Position numbers and translations under genes: made by a program. This document shows positions 40,844 to 49,131 of a DNA stretch of 49,131 bases, one piece after another; position 1 is the stretch's first letter; each line of letters begins with the position of its first letter. This stretch comes from Candidatus Binatia bacterium (GTDB lineage: Bacteria; Desulfobacterota; Binatia; UBA1149; CAITLU01), in assembly GCA_046260515.1 (NCBI GenBank), contig JBHEPB010000307.1, positions 1-49,131 on the forward strand. The letters run 5' to 3'. The notes below the pieces were generated by a model. The model was not told where the DNA came from and searched no databases. It worked only from the letters and a program-made list of their open reading frames with translations.

Positions 40844-41700
40844 TCCGTGGGGCTCGTGTCGAAGTCGGCAGGGGCGAAGGAGCCCGAATCGAAGGTCGGG
40901 GCCGTGGCCCCGAAGGTCTGCTCGGCGCCGGCGCCGACGACGTCGCCGAAGGTGCCCGGCGCGCCGAAGGGAACCGAACCGTCGCCCTTGTCGGCGATCA
41001 CCCCGCGGGCCTCACTCTCGGCCGTGCCCTCGAGCACGGAGTCGGCGATCGCGCCACAGAACAGGCGGATGGCGCGAATCGCGTCGTCGTTGCCGGGCAC
41101 GCAGTACGCGATGCGGTCGGGGTCGCAGTTGCTGTCCACGACGGCGACGACGGGGATCTTCAGGCGATTGGCCTCGGACACCGCGATCTGCTCGCGATCC
41201 GGGTCGATCACGAAGAGGGCGTCGGGGGGCCGCTTCATCTCGCGGATGCCCGCGAGGTTGATATTGAGCTTGTCCAGCTCGCGCTGCATCAGCAGGCGCT
41301 CTTTCTTCTTGTAGGTGGCCGCGACGACCGGATCGCCGAGGGTTTCCTCGAGGCGGCGCATGCGGTCGATGGACTTCTTGATGGTCTGGAAATTGGTGAG
41401 CGTGCCGCCGAGCCAGCGGTTGTTCACGTGGTACTGCTTGGCGCGGTCCGCCTCGGACTTGATCGCCTCCTGGGCCTGCTTCTTGGTGCCCACGAACAGG
41501 ACCGTTCCGCCCCGGGCGGCGACTTCACGGACAAAGTCGCAGGCCTCGCGAAAGAGATTCACCGTCTGCTGGAGGTCGATGATGTGAATCCCGTTGCGGG
41601 CCCCGAAAATATAGGGGCGCATCTTGGGGTTCCATCGGCTCGTCTGGTTACCGAAGTGAACTCCGGCCTCCAGAAGCTGTTTCATCGTGACTTGGCTCAT
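40840..41700 (-). CDS. rpsB: 30S ribosomal protein S2
   Basis: [46 protein letters not shown]. Confidence 0.98.
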
Positions 41701-41976
41701 CCAGTTTTACCGTTCCTGCGTATCAAAATGGGGCCCCTTGCCGGGGCCGAACCCCGGCCCACTAACAGAGGCCCCCCAACGTTGCAACGCGCCCCACCCC
41801 CGGCGCCCGATCCGTCTCCACCCCAAGGGCTCAGCCTCCGGCCGGCCCCGTCGTCCCCGCCCAACGCCCCGAGGCCAGCCCGAAGGGCCTGGCCAACCGC
41901 CGCAGAACCCGCGGGCCAAGGGCTTCGCGATCGCGACTCGGCTGCGACCCACCAACCAGAACCGGCGACCGTCGCA

Positions 41977-42074
41977 GGCCGGGCGGGCTGGGGGGCCTGC
42001 GGGTTCGCGTCTCCGCAGCGAAGCGAAGCGTAGCGAGGACTAGCGAACGCGCAGGCCCCCCAGCCCGCCCGGCC
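41977..42074. repeat. Long inverted repeat (MITE/REP-like), unrelated to the GGGACAG family
   Basis: Perfect 25-bp arms ggccgggcgggctggggggcctgcg (41977-42001) / cgcaggccccccagcccgcccggcc (42050-42074), inner gttcgc/gcgaac, loop containing gcgaagcgaagcgtagcga. Confidence 0.8.
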
Positions 42075-42095
42075 ATCGCAACGCCGCAACCAGGA

Positions 42096-43607
42096 CTACT
42101 GATTCATCGAATCCAGGAAATCCTTGTTCGACTTCGTCCCCTTCATCTTCCCAAGCAGGAACTCCATGGCTTCCACCTGGTTCAGCTGGGTCAACAGCTT
42201 GCGCAGGAGGAAGACGCGGGTCAGCGCGTCCTTCTCCATGAGCAGGTCTTCCTTGCGCGTCCCCGACTTGAGAATGTCGATCGTCGGGAAAACGCGCCGG
42301 TCCATCAGGCGCCGCTCCAGGTGGATCTCGCAGTTACCCGTGCCCTTGAACTCCTCGAAGATCACCTCGTCCATGCGGCTGCCCGTGTCGACCAGCGCCG
42401 TGCCGATGATCGTGAGACTCCCGCCGTCTTCGATGTTTCGCGCCGCCCCGAAGAACTTCTTGGGTCCGCGCAGGGCGTTCGAGTCCACGCCGCCCGAGAG
42501 GATCTTCCCGCTCGGCGGCACCGTGGCGTTGTAGGCCCGGGCCAGGCGCGTGATGGAATCCAGCAGGATGACCACGTCGCGGCCGTGCTCCACCAGGCGC
42601 TTGGCCTTCTCGATGACCATCTCGGCCACCTGCACGTGGCGGGTCGGCGGCTCGTCGAAGGTCGAGGAGACCACCTCGCCCTTCACGGAGCGTTGCATGT
42701 CCGTGACTTCCTCCGGCCTCTCGTCGATGAGGAGCACGATGAGGATCACGTCCTTGTTGTTCTCGGCGATGCCGTGCGCGATGTGCTGCAGCATCACCGT
42801 CTTGCCCGTGCGTGGCGCCGCGACAATCAGGGCCCTCTGGCCCTTGCCGATCGGCACCAGCAGGTCGATGACCCTCGTGGTGTACTCGGCCGGGTCGTGG
42901 GAGAGCCGCAGCGGTTCGTCCGGGTAGAGCGGCGTGAGGTTGTCGAAGAGGACCTTGTCGCGCACGCGCTCGGGAGCGTCGTAGTTGATCGAGGAAACCT
43001 TGAGCAGGGCGAAGTAACGCTCGCCTTCTTTCGGGGAGCGGATGAGGCCCGACACCACGTCGCCGGTGCGCAGGCCGAAGCGGCGCACCTGGCTGGGGGA
43101 AATGTAGATGTCGTCGGGGCCCGGCAGGTAGTTGGAATCCGGCGCCCTCAGGAAGCCGAAGCCGTCGGGCAGGATCTCGAGCACGCCCTCGCCGTAAACG
43201 TTGCCGTTCTTGGCCGTCTGGGCCTCGAGGAGCTTGAAGATGAGTTCCTGCTTGCGAAGCGCCGCCACGCCTTCCACGCCGAGTTCGCGGGCAACTTCGG
43301 CCAGGTCGCGGACGCTCTTTTTCTTGAGTTCGGTCAGGTCGAGGGTGGGACTGGTGGATGCCTCGGCAGCCGCGATCTGGGCTTCGTCGGCCGCGAGGTC
43401 TTCCTTGGGAAGCCTCCCCTGGCCGCCCTGCCCCTCCCGGCCGTCCCCCCGGTTACCGCCGCCGCCGCCGCCGTCGCGGTTGCCGCCGCCACCGCCGCCG
43501 CCGCCACGACCGCGGCCATGGGACTTGCCCCCGTCGCGGTGACCGCGTCCGGAGCGTTCATCTCCACCTTTTCTTTCTCTGGCAGTTTCGCCGCCGCGTT
43601 CTGACAT
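42096..43607 (-). CDS. rho: Transcription termination factor Rho with N-terminal low-complexity extension
   Basis: [72 protein letters not shown] 43607 chosen as start. Confidence 0.97.
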   Translation of the reverse strand: MSERGGETARERKGGDERSGRGHRDGGKSHGRGRGGGGGGGGNRDGGGGGGNRGDGREGQGGQGRLPKEDLAADEAQIAAAEASTSPTLDLTELKKKSVRDLAEVARELGVEGVAALRKQELIFKLLEAQTAKNGNVYGEGVLEILPDGFGFLRAPDSNYLPGPDDIYISPSQVRRFGLRTGDVVSGLIRSPKEGERYFALLKVSSINYDAPERVRDKVLFDNLTPLYPDEPLRLSHDPAEYTTRVIDLLVPIGKGQRALIVAAPRTGKTVMLQHIAHGIAENNKDVILIVLLIDERPEEVTDMQRSVKGEVVSSTFDEPPTRHVQVAEMVIEKAKRLVEHGRDVVILLDSITRLARAYNATVPPSGKILSGGVDSNALRGPKKFFGAARNIEDGGSLTIIGTALVDTGSRMDEVIFEEFKGTGNCEIHLERRLMDRRVFPTIDILKSGTRKEDLLMEKDALTRVFLLRKLLTQLNQVEAMEFLLGKMKGTKSNKDFLDSMNQ

Positions 43608-43860
43608 CGGACTCGCTTTTGTGGTTGGGTCGGGGGCCGCTGGAGCCCTCCGGATTGGAGGACCGGGCCCGCCGAGGAATGGCCGTCGTCGGCCTGAGGG
43701 TTCGTCGGGTCTTACCGCGATCGGGGTGCTCAAGATCCGCACAATCCGGAAGTAACAACTGATTCGGGCGATCCTGCCCTGACGGTTGAGGCTTCGCTGG
43801 CTGCGGCGTCGTTATGCCGGAGAGCGGCGGAAACAGAGGGTTCCCGTGCGGTGTGACCTG

Positions 43861-43889
43861 ACGCTAATAGAACGAGGAGGGGGTGTCAA
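43861..43889 (-). promoter_or_regulatory. Sigma70-type promoter of rho
   Basis: TTGACA-N17-TAGCGT just after the rluD stop. Confidence 0.72.
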
Positions 43890-43900
43890 GGCGGGTTTCC

Positions 43901-44842
43901 TCAAGTCCGCGGCGGGGGCGAGGGCCGGCGCAGGGTCGCAAGGAAGGCCGCGAGGTCGCCGGCCGGCGAAGCCTCGACGCGCAAGCGCCGGTCACCGTCG
44001 GGGTGCTCGAACTCGATCGCCGCCGCGTGCAGGGCCTGGCGACCAAACGCGCTGCGGCTGCGTCCGCCGTAGACGCGGTCGCCCACGATGGGAAAGCCGA
44101 TGGCCGAGAGGTGGACGCGAATCTGGTGGGTGCGGCCGGTCAGCGGACGAACCTCGAGCAGCGTGAAGCCCTGGAAGCTCTCCACCGGCACATATTCCGA
44201 GACGGCCGAACGCGCCGGACGCCCGCTGATGGACATGCGCTTTCTCTCGGTGGGATGGCGCCCGATGGGCAGATCGATCCTGCCGCCCTCGCGCACGTTG
44301 CCGTGGACCAGGGCCAGGTAGGTCTTGCGGATGGTGCGGTCGCGAAACTGGCGGGAAAGGGCCTCGTGGGCCCGGACGGTCTTGGCCACCAGGATCACGC
44401 CCGAGGTGTCGCGGTCGAGGCGATGCACGATGCCGGCCCTCTCGCTCTGGCCGGGCCAGGCCAGGGAGGGGTCGTGGTGCAGCAGGGCGTGGACCAGGGT
44501 TCCCGTGCGGTTGCCGACCGCCGGATGCACGACCATCCCGGCCGGCTTGTTGATCGCCAGCATCGCCTCGTCCTCGTGGAGCACGTCAAGGGCGATCGCT
44601 TCTCCGACGAGAACCGCGTCCGAGGGATCGGCCACGGCCTCCACCAACTCGACGGTCTCGCCGCCGCGCAGCCGGTAGGACGCGCGCACCGGTTTGCCGC
44701 TCGCCTCCAGGCGATCATCGTCGGCAGCAGTCTTGATCTGCGATCGCGTGGGAGCGCCGTCCTGCCGCGAAAGCCAGGCGTCCAGCCTCTCCCCGGCGTC
44801 CCCGGCGGGCACCGGAAAAGCGGAGCGCCGCCACGTCGTCAT
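43901..44842 (-). CDS. rluD: RluA/RluD family 23S rRNA pseudouridine synthase
   Basis: S4-like N-terminus (RLDAWL), NKPAGMVVHP, GIVHRLDRDTSG, TGRTHQIRVH, RQALHA. Confidence 0.9.
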   Translation of the reverse strand: MTTWRRSAFPVPAGDAGERLDAWLSRQDGAPTRSQIKTAADDDRLEASGKPVRASYRLRGGETVELVEAVADPSDAVLVGEAIALDVLHEDEAMLAINKPAGMVVHPAVGNRTGTLVHALLHHDPSLAWPGQSERAGIVHRLDRDTSGVILVAKTVRAHEALSRQFRDRTIRKTYLALVHGNVREGGRIDLPIGRHPTERKRMSISGRPARSAVSEYVPVESFQGFTLLEVRPLTGRTHQIRVHLSAIGFPIVGDRVYGGRSRSAFGRQALHAAAIEFEHPDGDRRLRVEASPAGDLAAFLATLRRPSPPPRT

Positions 44843-45774
44843 GGGCCCTTGAGCGCGGCGAGGACCTGTCGCGCGCGCGCAACGTCGGCCCCGATCTGCC
44901 CGGCCAGGGCGGCGGGCGACTCGAAGCGCCGCTGGTCGCGGATCTTCTCTAGGAACTCGAGAACCATCGGCTTGCCGTAGAGGTCGCCGAACTCCGCAAA
45001 CAGGTGGGCCTCGATGACCCTGGAGGTGCCGCCGAACGTGGGCGTGGTTCCGATCGAGGTGACGCTGTCGATGCGGCGGCGCCCGAGCCTGGCAACGGTG
45101 GCGAACACGCCGTCGCCCGGCACCAGCGGGGTCGCGGGCTTCAGGTTGGCCGTCGCGAAGCCCAGCCCCTTGCCGCGCCCGGCGCCCTGCTCGATGCGGC
45201 CGCGGACGAAATGGGAGCGCCCGAGGAGGCGGCCGGCGGCCGAAACGTCGCCGGCGGCGATCAGGCCACGGATCACGCTAGAGCGAGCGACCACCCCGTC
45301 CACTTCCACCGGCGCGACCACTTCCACGGTGAAGCCGAGGCGCTCGCCGGCCGCCGTCAGAGTGGCGACGTTGCCGCCCCGATCACGGCCGAAGTTCAGG
45401 TCGTCGCCCACCAGCAGGTGGTCAGCGTCGAGAATCTCCGCAAGGAAGCGGCGCACGAAGTCGTCGGCGTCGATGGCGGCGAACTTGCGGGAAAAGTGCT
45501 GGACGACCGCCACGTCCACGCCCTCGGCGGCCAGCGCCGCGAGCCGGTCGGCCAGCAGCATCACGCCTGGAGGCGCGGCGTCGGGACGAACGACGGAAAC
45601 CGGATGGGGTTCGAAGGTGAGGACGACGGCCTTGGTACCGCGCGCTTCGGCTTCTCGCCGAAGCCTCTGGAGAATGACCTGGTGACCGCGATGAACCCCG
45701 TCGAAGTTGCCGATGGTGACGACCGGGCGACGCAGCAGACCGCGCGCCCTTTCGAGACTTCGCAGGACCTTCAT
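44839..45774 (-). CDS. ribF: Bifunctional riboflavin kinase / FAD synthetase
   Basis: TIGNFDGVHRGHQ, TFEPHP, GRGKGLGFATAN, IEAHL, IRDQRRF. Confidence 0.96.
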   Translation of the reverse strand: MKVLRSLERARGLLRRPVVTIGNFDGVHRGHQVILQRLRREAEARGTKAVVLTFEPHPVSVVRPDAAPPGVMLLADRLAALAAEGVDVAVVQHFSRKFAAIDADDFVRRFLAEILDADHLLVGDDLNFGRDRGGNVATLTAAGERLGFTVEVVAPVEVDGVVARSSVIRGLIAAGDVSAAGRLLGRSHFVRGRIEQGAGRGKGLGFATANLKPATPLVPGDGVFATVARLGRRRIDSVTSIGTTPTFGGTSRVIEAHLFAEFGDLYGKPMVLEFLEKIRDQRRFESPAALAGQIGADVARARQVLAALKGP

Positions 45775-45845
45775 GGGAAACGCCGCTTAGGCGACCTGGG
45801 GGACCGCCCGGCCCGGCCCGAAAGGGCGGCCGGCGCTCCCGAGGC

Positions 45846-46622
45846 TCACCCTCCGATCTCGGTCAGCATCCTCGACGCCTTCGCGGCCTCGCTGGTGCCG
45901 GGGTAGCGGTTGATGACCTTCTGCAGGCTCAACCTCGCATCGACGCGATCGCCCACGATGCGGAAGGCTTCCGCCTGGCGCAACAGCGCGGCCGGCGCGC
46001 GATCCCCGGAACCGTAGTTGATGGAGACCTGGTTGAACTCGATGATCGCGCGGTGGTACTGCCCCTTGCGGAAGTAGGACTCGCCGATCCAGAACTGGGC
46101 ATCGTCCGCGTAGGGCGAAGCGCCGTTCTCGTGGAGGTAGTTGCGGAAGGACTGGATGGCTTCGTCGTGGTCGCCGCCGGACAGCTGGCGCATCGCCGAA
46201 TCGTAGGTTGAGCCGACCAGTTCCGGCGGAACGCCGCCCTTGGCCGGTTCGGGCGTGGGAGCCGGGGCGGCCGCGACCGCCGGGGGTTCCGCAGTCGTTG
46301 CAGTAGTGGGAACGGCAGGCGGCTCTGTCGCGGGCGCCCCCTGCCTTTGCCAGTACGAGTCGTCCGTGGCGCCGGGACCGCCGGTGGGCCCGTAGACCGG
46401 ACGCCCTCCGGGGCGGCGCCCATACTGCATCTGGTCGATCGCGGCGCGTACCGATTCCTGCTCGCGGCGCAGGTCCTCGATGGCCCGGCGCTGCTCGAGG
46501 ACCAGGGTCCTCAGGTCGTCGTAGCGACGGTCCGAACCACCGTTCATCTGGGCGCTGCAGGCGGTGAACAAGGTCACCGCCGGCAGCGCGCAGATCAGTG
46601 CAGGAAGGCTCGGACGGGTCAT
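45846..46622 (-). CDS. cpoB: Tol-Pal system protein CpoB/YbgF
   Basis: Lipobox-like FTAC, coiled coil, TPR repeats (YADDAQFWIGESYF...YPGTSEA). Directly after pal. Confidence 0.88.
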   Translation of the reverse strand: MTRPSLPALICALPAVTLFTACSAQMNGGSDRRYDDLRTLVLEQRRAIEDLRREQESVRAAIDQMQYGRRPGGRPVYGPTGGPGATDDSYWQRQGAPATEPPAVPTTATTAEPPAVAAAPAPTPEPAKGGVPPELVGSTYDSAMRQLSGGDHDEAIQSFRNYLHENGASPYADDAQFWIGESYFRKGQYHRAIIEFNQVSINYGSGDRAPAALLRQAEAFRIVGDRVDARLSLQKVINRYPGTSEAAKASRMLTEIGG

Positions 46623-46634
46623 CGCAGGGGTCCT

Positions 46635-47162
46635 TTACTCGCTCAGATCGACGATGTGCCCGCGACGGTTCCGGCCCCAGCAGGCGTCCGACGCCTCCTG
46701 GCAGATCGGAAGTTCCTCGCCGTAGCTCACCGTGGACAGGCGCGAGGACTTCACGCCGAGAGCCACGAGGGCGTCCCGGACGGCCTTGGCGCGACGGGCG
46801 CCGAGGGCCAGGTTGTACTCGGCCGTGCCCCTGTCGTCGCAGTGCCCCTCGATCTCGGCCCGGCCCGACTCGCCGCGAAGCAGGTCGGCGTTGGCGCGAA
46901 CCGCTTCGGTGCCGGCGCCGTCGAGGTCCGCCGAATCGTAGGCGAAATAGATGTCCTCGAAACGGCCGCCGGAGCCGGCCTGCCCCGACCGATTGAAGTC
47001 GGCCAGGCTGCCCGAGCCTCCGAGGCTCTCGTCGGTCAGGCCGGCGTCGTCGCCTTCGCCCTTCTTCGAGGAGCAGCCGCTCGTCATCGCGAGGGCCAGA
47101 CTCATCCCCACCACCACGCTCAGCACGCTGAGCTTCCGCATCCCCACACGTCCAAGACCCAT
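46635..47162 (-). CDS. pal: Peptidoglycan-associated lipoprotein
   Basis: Lipobox TSGC, IYFAYDS, IEGHCDDRGTAEYNLALGARRA, VSYGEELP, NRR. Confidence 0.95.
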   Translation of the reverse strand: MGLGRVGMRKLSVLSVVVGMSLALAMTSGCSSKKGEGDDAGLTDESLGGSGSLADFNRSGQAGSGGRFEDIYFAYDSADLDGAGTEAVRANADLLRGESGRAEIEGHCDDRGTAEYNLALGARRAKAVRDALVALGVKSSRLSTVSYGEELPICQEASDACWGRNRRGHIVDLSE

Positions 47163-47241
47163 GCTCACCCTCTCTTGCACCCGTGTACGGGTGCGCCCTG
47201 TATTGTGTTCCGAATCGAGGCGTCCAAAGACTTTCGGCGCC

Positions 47242-48573
47242 CTATTCTAACCGTCGCGACCAACTTGGGGAACTATCATCCCCTTTGCCGGTGGTCAATT
47301 GTCGCTCCCACCTCCCGGTGATGTCGACGAGGAACAACTTGCGGTCGCTGGCCTGTTCGCGAGCGAACACGATGAAGCGCGAGTCGGGCGACCAGGTCGG
47401 GTCCTCGTTGGAACCCGAGAAGGTGAGTTGCCGGCCCTCGCCGCCGCCGGCCGGGATGACGAAGATGTGGAAATCGCGGCCGACGCGGCCGGCGTAGGCG
47501 ATCCAGCGGCCATCGGGTGACCACACCGGGGCGCAGTTGTAGCTGCCCGAGAACGAGATCCGCGTCGCCTGCTTGGACGACGGCGACATGGTGTAGACTT
47601 GGGGCGTCCCGCCTCGCGACGAACAAAAGGCCAGGCGCGATCCGTCCGGGGACCACGACGGATCGACGTCGATGCCCCAGTGGTCGGTGAGCCGCTGCTG
47701 ATCCTTGGTGGCGAAGTCGAGGAGGTAGATGTCGGTGTTGCCGCCTTCCTCACGGGCGACGGCCAGCGAGGCCCCGTCCGGTCGCCAGGCCCCGCCTACG
47801 TTGAGGCCCATCTTGGCCGCCAGCTTGCTCTCGGCCTTCGTGCCGAGGGCGATGCTGTAGAGTGAGGGCGCCCCACCCCGGAAGCTGGTGAAGACGATCG
47901 ACGAACTGTCCAGCGACCAGGAGGGCGCCATGGTCACGGTGCGGTGGCCGGTGATGCGCGTGACCGCCCCGTCGAAGGTGAAGGTATGGATCTCCTTGGC
48001 GAATCCGCCCCGATTGGAGACGAAGGCGATGCGCGAATCGAAGGGGCCCGGGGTGCCGGTAGTGAACTCCAGGATGGCATCGGCCGTCCGGTGCGCCATG
48101 CGGGCCACTTCAGCCTGGGGGCCGCGGAAACGGCGGCCGCCGAGCATGGCGCGGCCCGGGATATCGAAGAAGGCCACTTCCACCATCAACTCCGAGCCGC
48201 TGCGCTCGTAGCGTCCGAGCAGCAGGCCGTGGGCGCCGATGGTCTGCCAGTTGAGGAAGTTGACGTTCTGGGGTCCGAGGGGCCCGGCGGGGACGCCGTC
48301 GATGTAGGAGGCGGGATCGAGGATGCGGAAGAGGCCGGAGATCTCCAGGTCGCCGGCGAGCACCCTGGCAAACTCGGCCTCCAGTCGGGGATCGGCCGCC
48401 GAAACCGGCGCCAGGCCGGCCAGGGCGATCGGCACCCGCATCATTCCCGGGCTGGTCAGTTCGGCCCTCAGCGGGGCAGCTCCGGCCGGGCCGGCCCCGA
48501 GTGCCAGGACCACGCCGATACCGAAGCCGGCGAGGCGCGCGATTCGATTGCTGGATGTTTGCGTGACCACCAC
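47242..48573 (-). CDS. tolB: Tol-Pal beta-propeller protein TolB
   Basis: DLEISGLF, AHRTADAI, SRIAFV, repeated PSWSPDG (PD40) motifs. Start among tandem GTG codons after GGAGG. Confidence 0.93.
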   Translation of the reverse strand: MVVTQTSSNRIARLAGFGIGVVLALGAGPAGAAPLRAELTSPGMMRVPIALAGLAPVSAADPRLEAEFARVLAGDLEISGLFRILDPASYIDGVPAGPLGPQNVNFLNWQTIGAHGLLLGRYERSGSELMVEVAFFDIPGRAMLGGRRFRGPQAEVARMAHRTADAILEFTTGTPGPFDSRIAFVSNRGGFAKEIHTFTFDGAVTRITGHRTVTMAPSWSLDSSSIVFTSFRGGAPSLYSIALGTKAESKLAAKMGLNVGGAWRPDGASLAVAREEGGNTDIYLLDFATKDQQRLTDHWGIDVDPSWSPDGSRLAFCSSRGGTPQVYTMSPSSKQATRISFSGSYNCAPVWSPDGRWIAYAGRVGRDFHIFVIPAGGGEGRQLTFSGSNEDPTWSPDSRFIVFAREQASDRKLFLVDITGRWERQLTTGKGDDSSPSWSRRLE

Positions 48574-48608
48574 CACTTCCTCCCCCGTCGTCACGACCGG
48601 CGTCGCCC

Positions 48609-49131
48609 TCAGGGCTGCATCATCTCGCCGGCCCGGAACACGAACTCGACGTCCTCGAAATCCGCGCGGACACTGGCCGGAGGCGGCGTGAGGCCCCCCG
48701 TCGCCCGCACGGCGTTCAGCGCCGATTCATCGTACAAAGGGCTGCGCGAACGTTCCGTGACGCGAACGTCCGCGATGTTTCCATCGGCGAGTATACTGAA
48801 TCGGACCGTGGCTGCCAGAGTGGCGTCCTGTTCGCCGGCCCACACCCACTGCGCCTTGATGCTCTCGTACATGTACGCAAAGTAGGCGTAGAACTCGGGG
48901 CTGCGGTTGCCGGTTCCGCCGCCGCCGCCGTTCGGATCTCCCGAACGCCCGCCCTCGGCGGCGGTGCCGCCGCCCGGCGCCGCTACGCCCGGCTTGGAGG
49001 ATCCCGCATCGGGGCTTCCCGTCGCGCCTCCTGGCTTTTCGGCAGCCACGGCCGGCTTGGCCGGCTCCGGCGCGGCGGCCTTGGCGGGCTCGGGCTTGGC
49101 GGGTTCCGGTTTCTTCGCTTCCGGTTTGGGC
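48609..49131 (-). CDS. tolA: TolA/TonB-family protein, C-terminal part (starts beyond window end)
   Basis: PKPEAKKPEPAKPEPAK linker, then YMYESIKAQW...VRFSILADGNI...SRSPLYDESALNAV. Upstream of tolB. Confidence 0.8.
   Translation of the reverse strand, partial: PKPEAKKPEPAKPEPAKAAAPEPAKPAVAAEKPGGATGSPDAGSSKPGVAAPGGGTAAEGGRSGDPNGGGGGTGNRSPEFYAYFAYMYESIKAQWVWAGEQDATLAATVRFSILADGNIADVRVTERSRSPLYDESALNAVRATGGLTPPPASVRADFEDVEFVFRAGEMMQP

Noticed and set aside
41725-41776. tRNA remnant upstream of rpsB (GGTTCG hairpin followed by ...CCA)
   Set aside because: It has no D-arm or anticodon arm and the T-loop is non-canonical, so it is kept only as a leader structure.
45808-45833. Hairpin ccggcc-cg-gccc-gaaa-gggc-ggccgg between cpoB and ribF as a terminator or FMN riboswitch
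   Set aside because: There is no U-tract, and the 71-nt gap is too short and lacks RFN consensus motifs.

Overview
This is a high-GC bacterial chromosomal segment that is mostly housekeeping. The gene order and the dockerin-like/DUF1566 and F420-type LLM proteins suggest a deltaproteobacterial-like lineage such as Ca. Binatia (inference only). The left 17 kb is a mixed metabolic region: LLM oxidoreductase, amidase, amidohydrolase, RNA m5U methyltransferase, hemolysin III, tmRNA, DUF1566, patatin, ALDH-DUF779, phosphatase and histidine kinase. Next come smpB, dNK-panBCD, nagZ, mtnA, tRNA-Ala, gpmA and rarA, then a long minus-strand run: tolA-tolB-pal-cpoB-ribF-rluD-rho-rpsB-tsf-pyrH-frr-uppS-cdsA-rseP-tsaB-DUF465-ilvN-ilvC-psd-pssA-leuA-truA. 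No transposase, integrase, CRISPR array or recognisable defence system is visible. The notable signals are non-coding. (1) Six loci of a REP/REPIN-like palindrome family (core GGGACAG) are fused to the stop codon of all nine gene 3' ends they touch, bracket smpB, and sit at a local C-to-G skew switch. (2) A pan-motif-like double-bulged-A stem upstream of panB has its 5' strand inside the upstream coding sequence, followed by an RBS-sequestering switch. (3) An unannotated Leu4 leader peptide and attenuator precede leuA. (4) A separate 98-bp MITE-like hairpin follows rho. Also seen: Rho has a Gly/Arg-rich disordered N-terminal extension, ilvB and dxr are missing from their usual positions, and several genes look leaderless.
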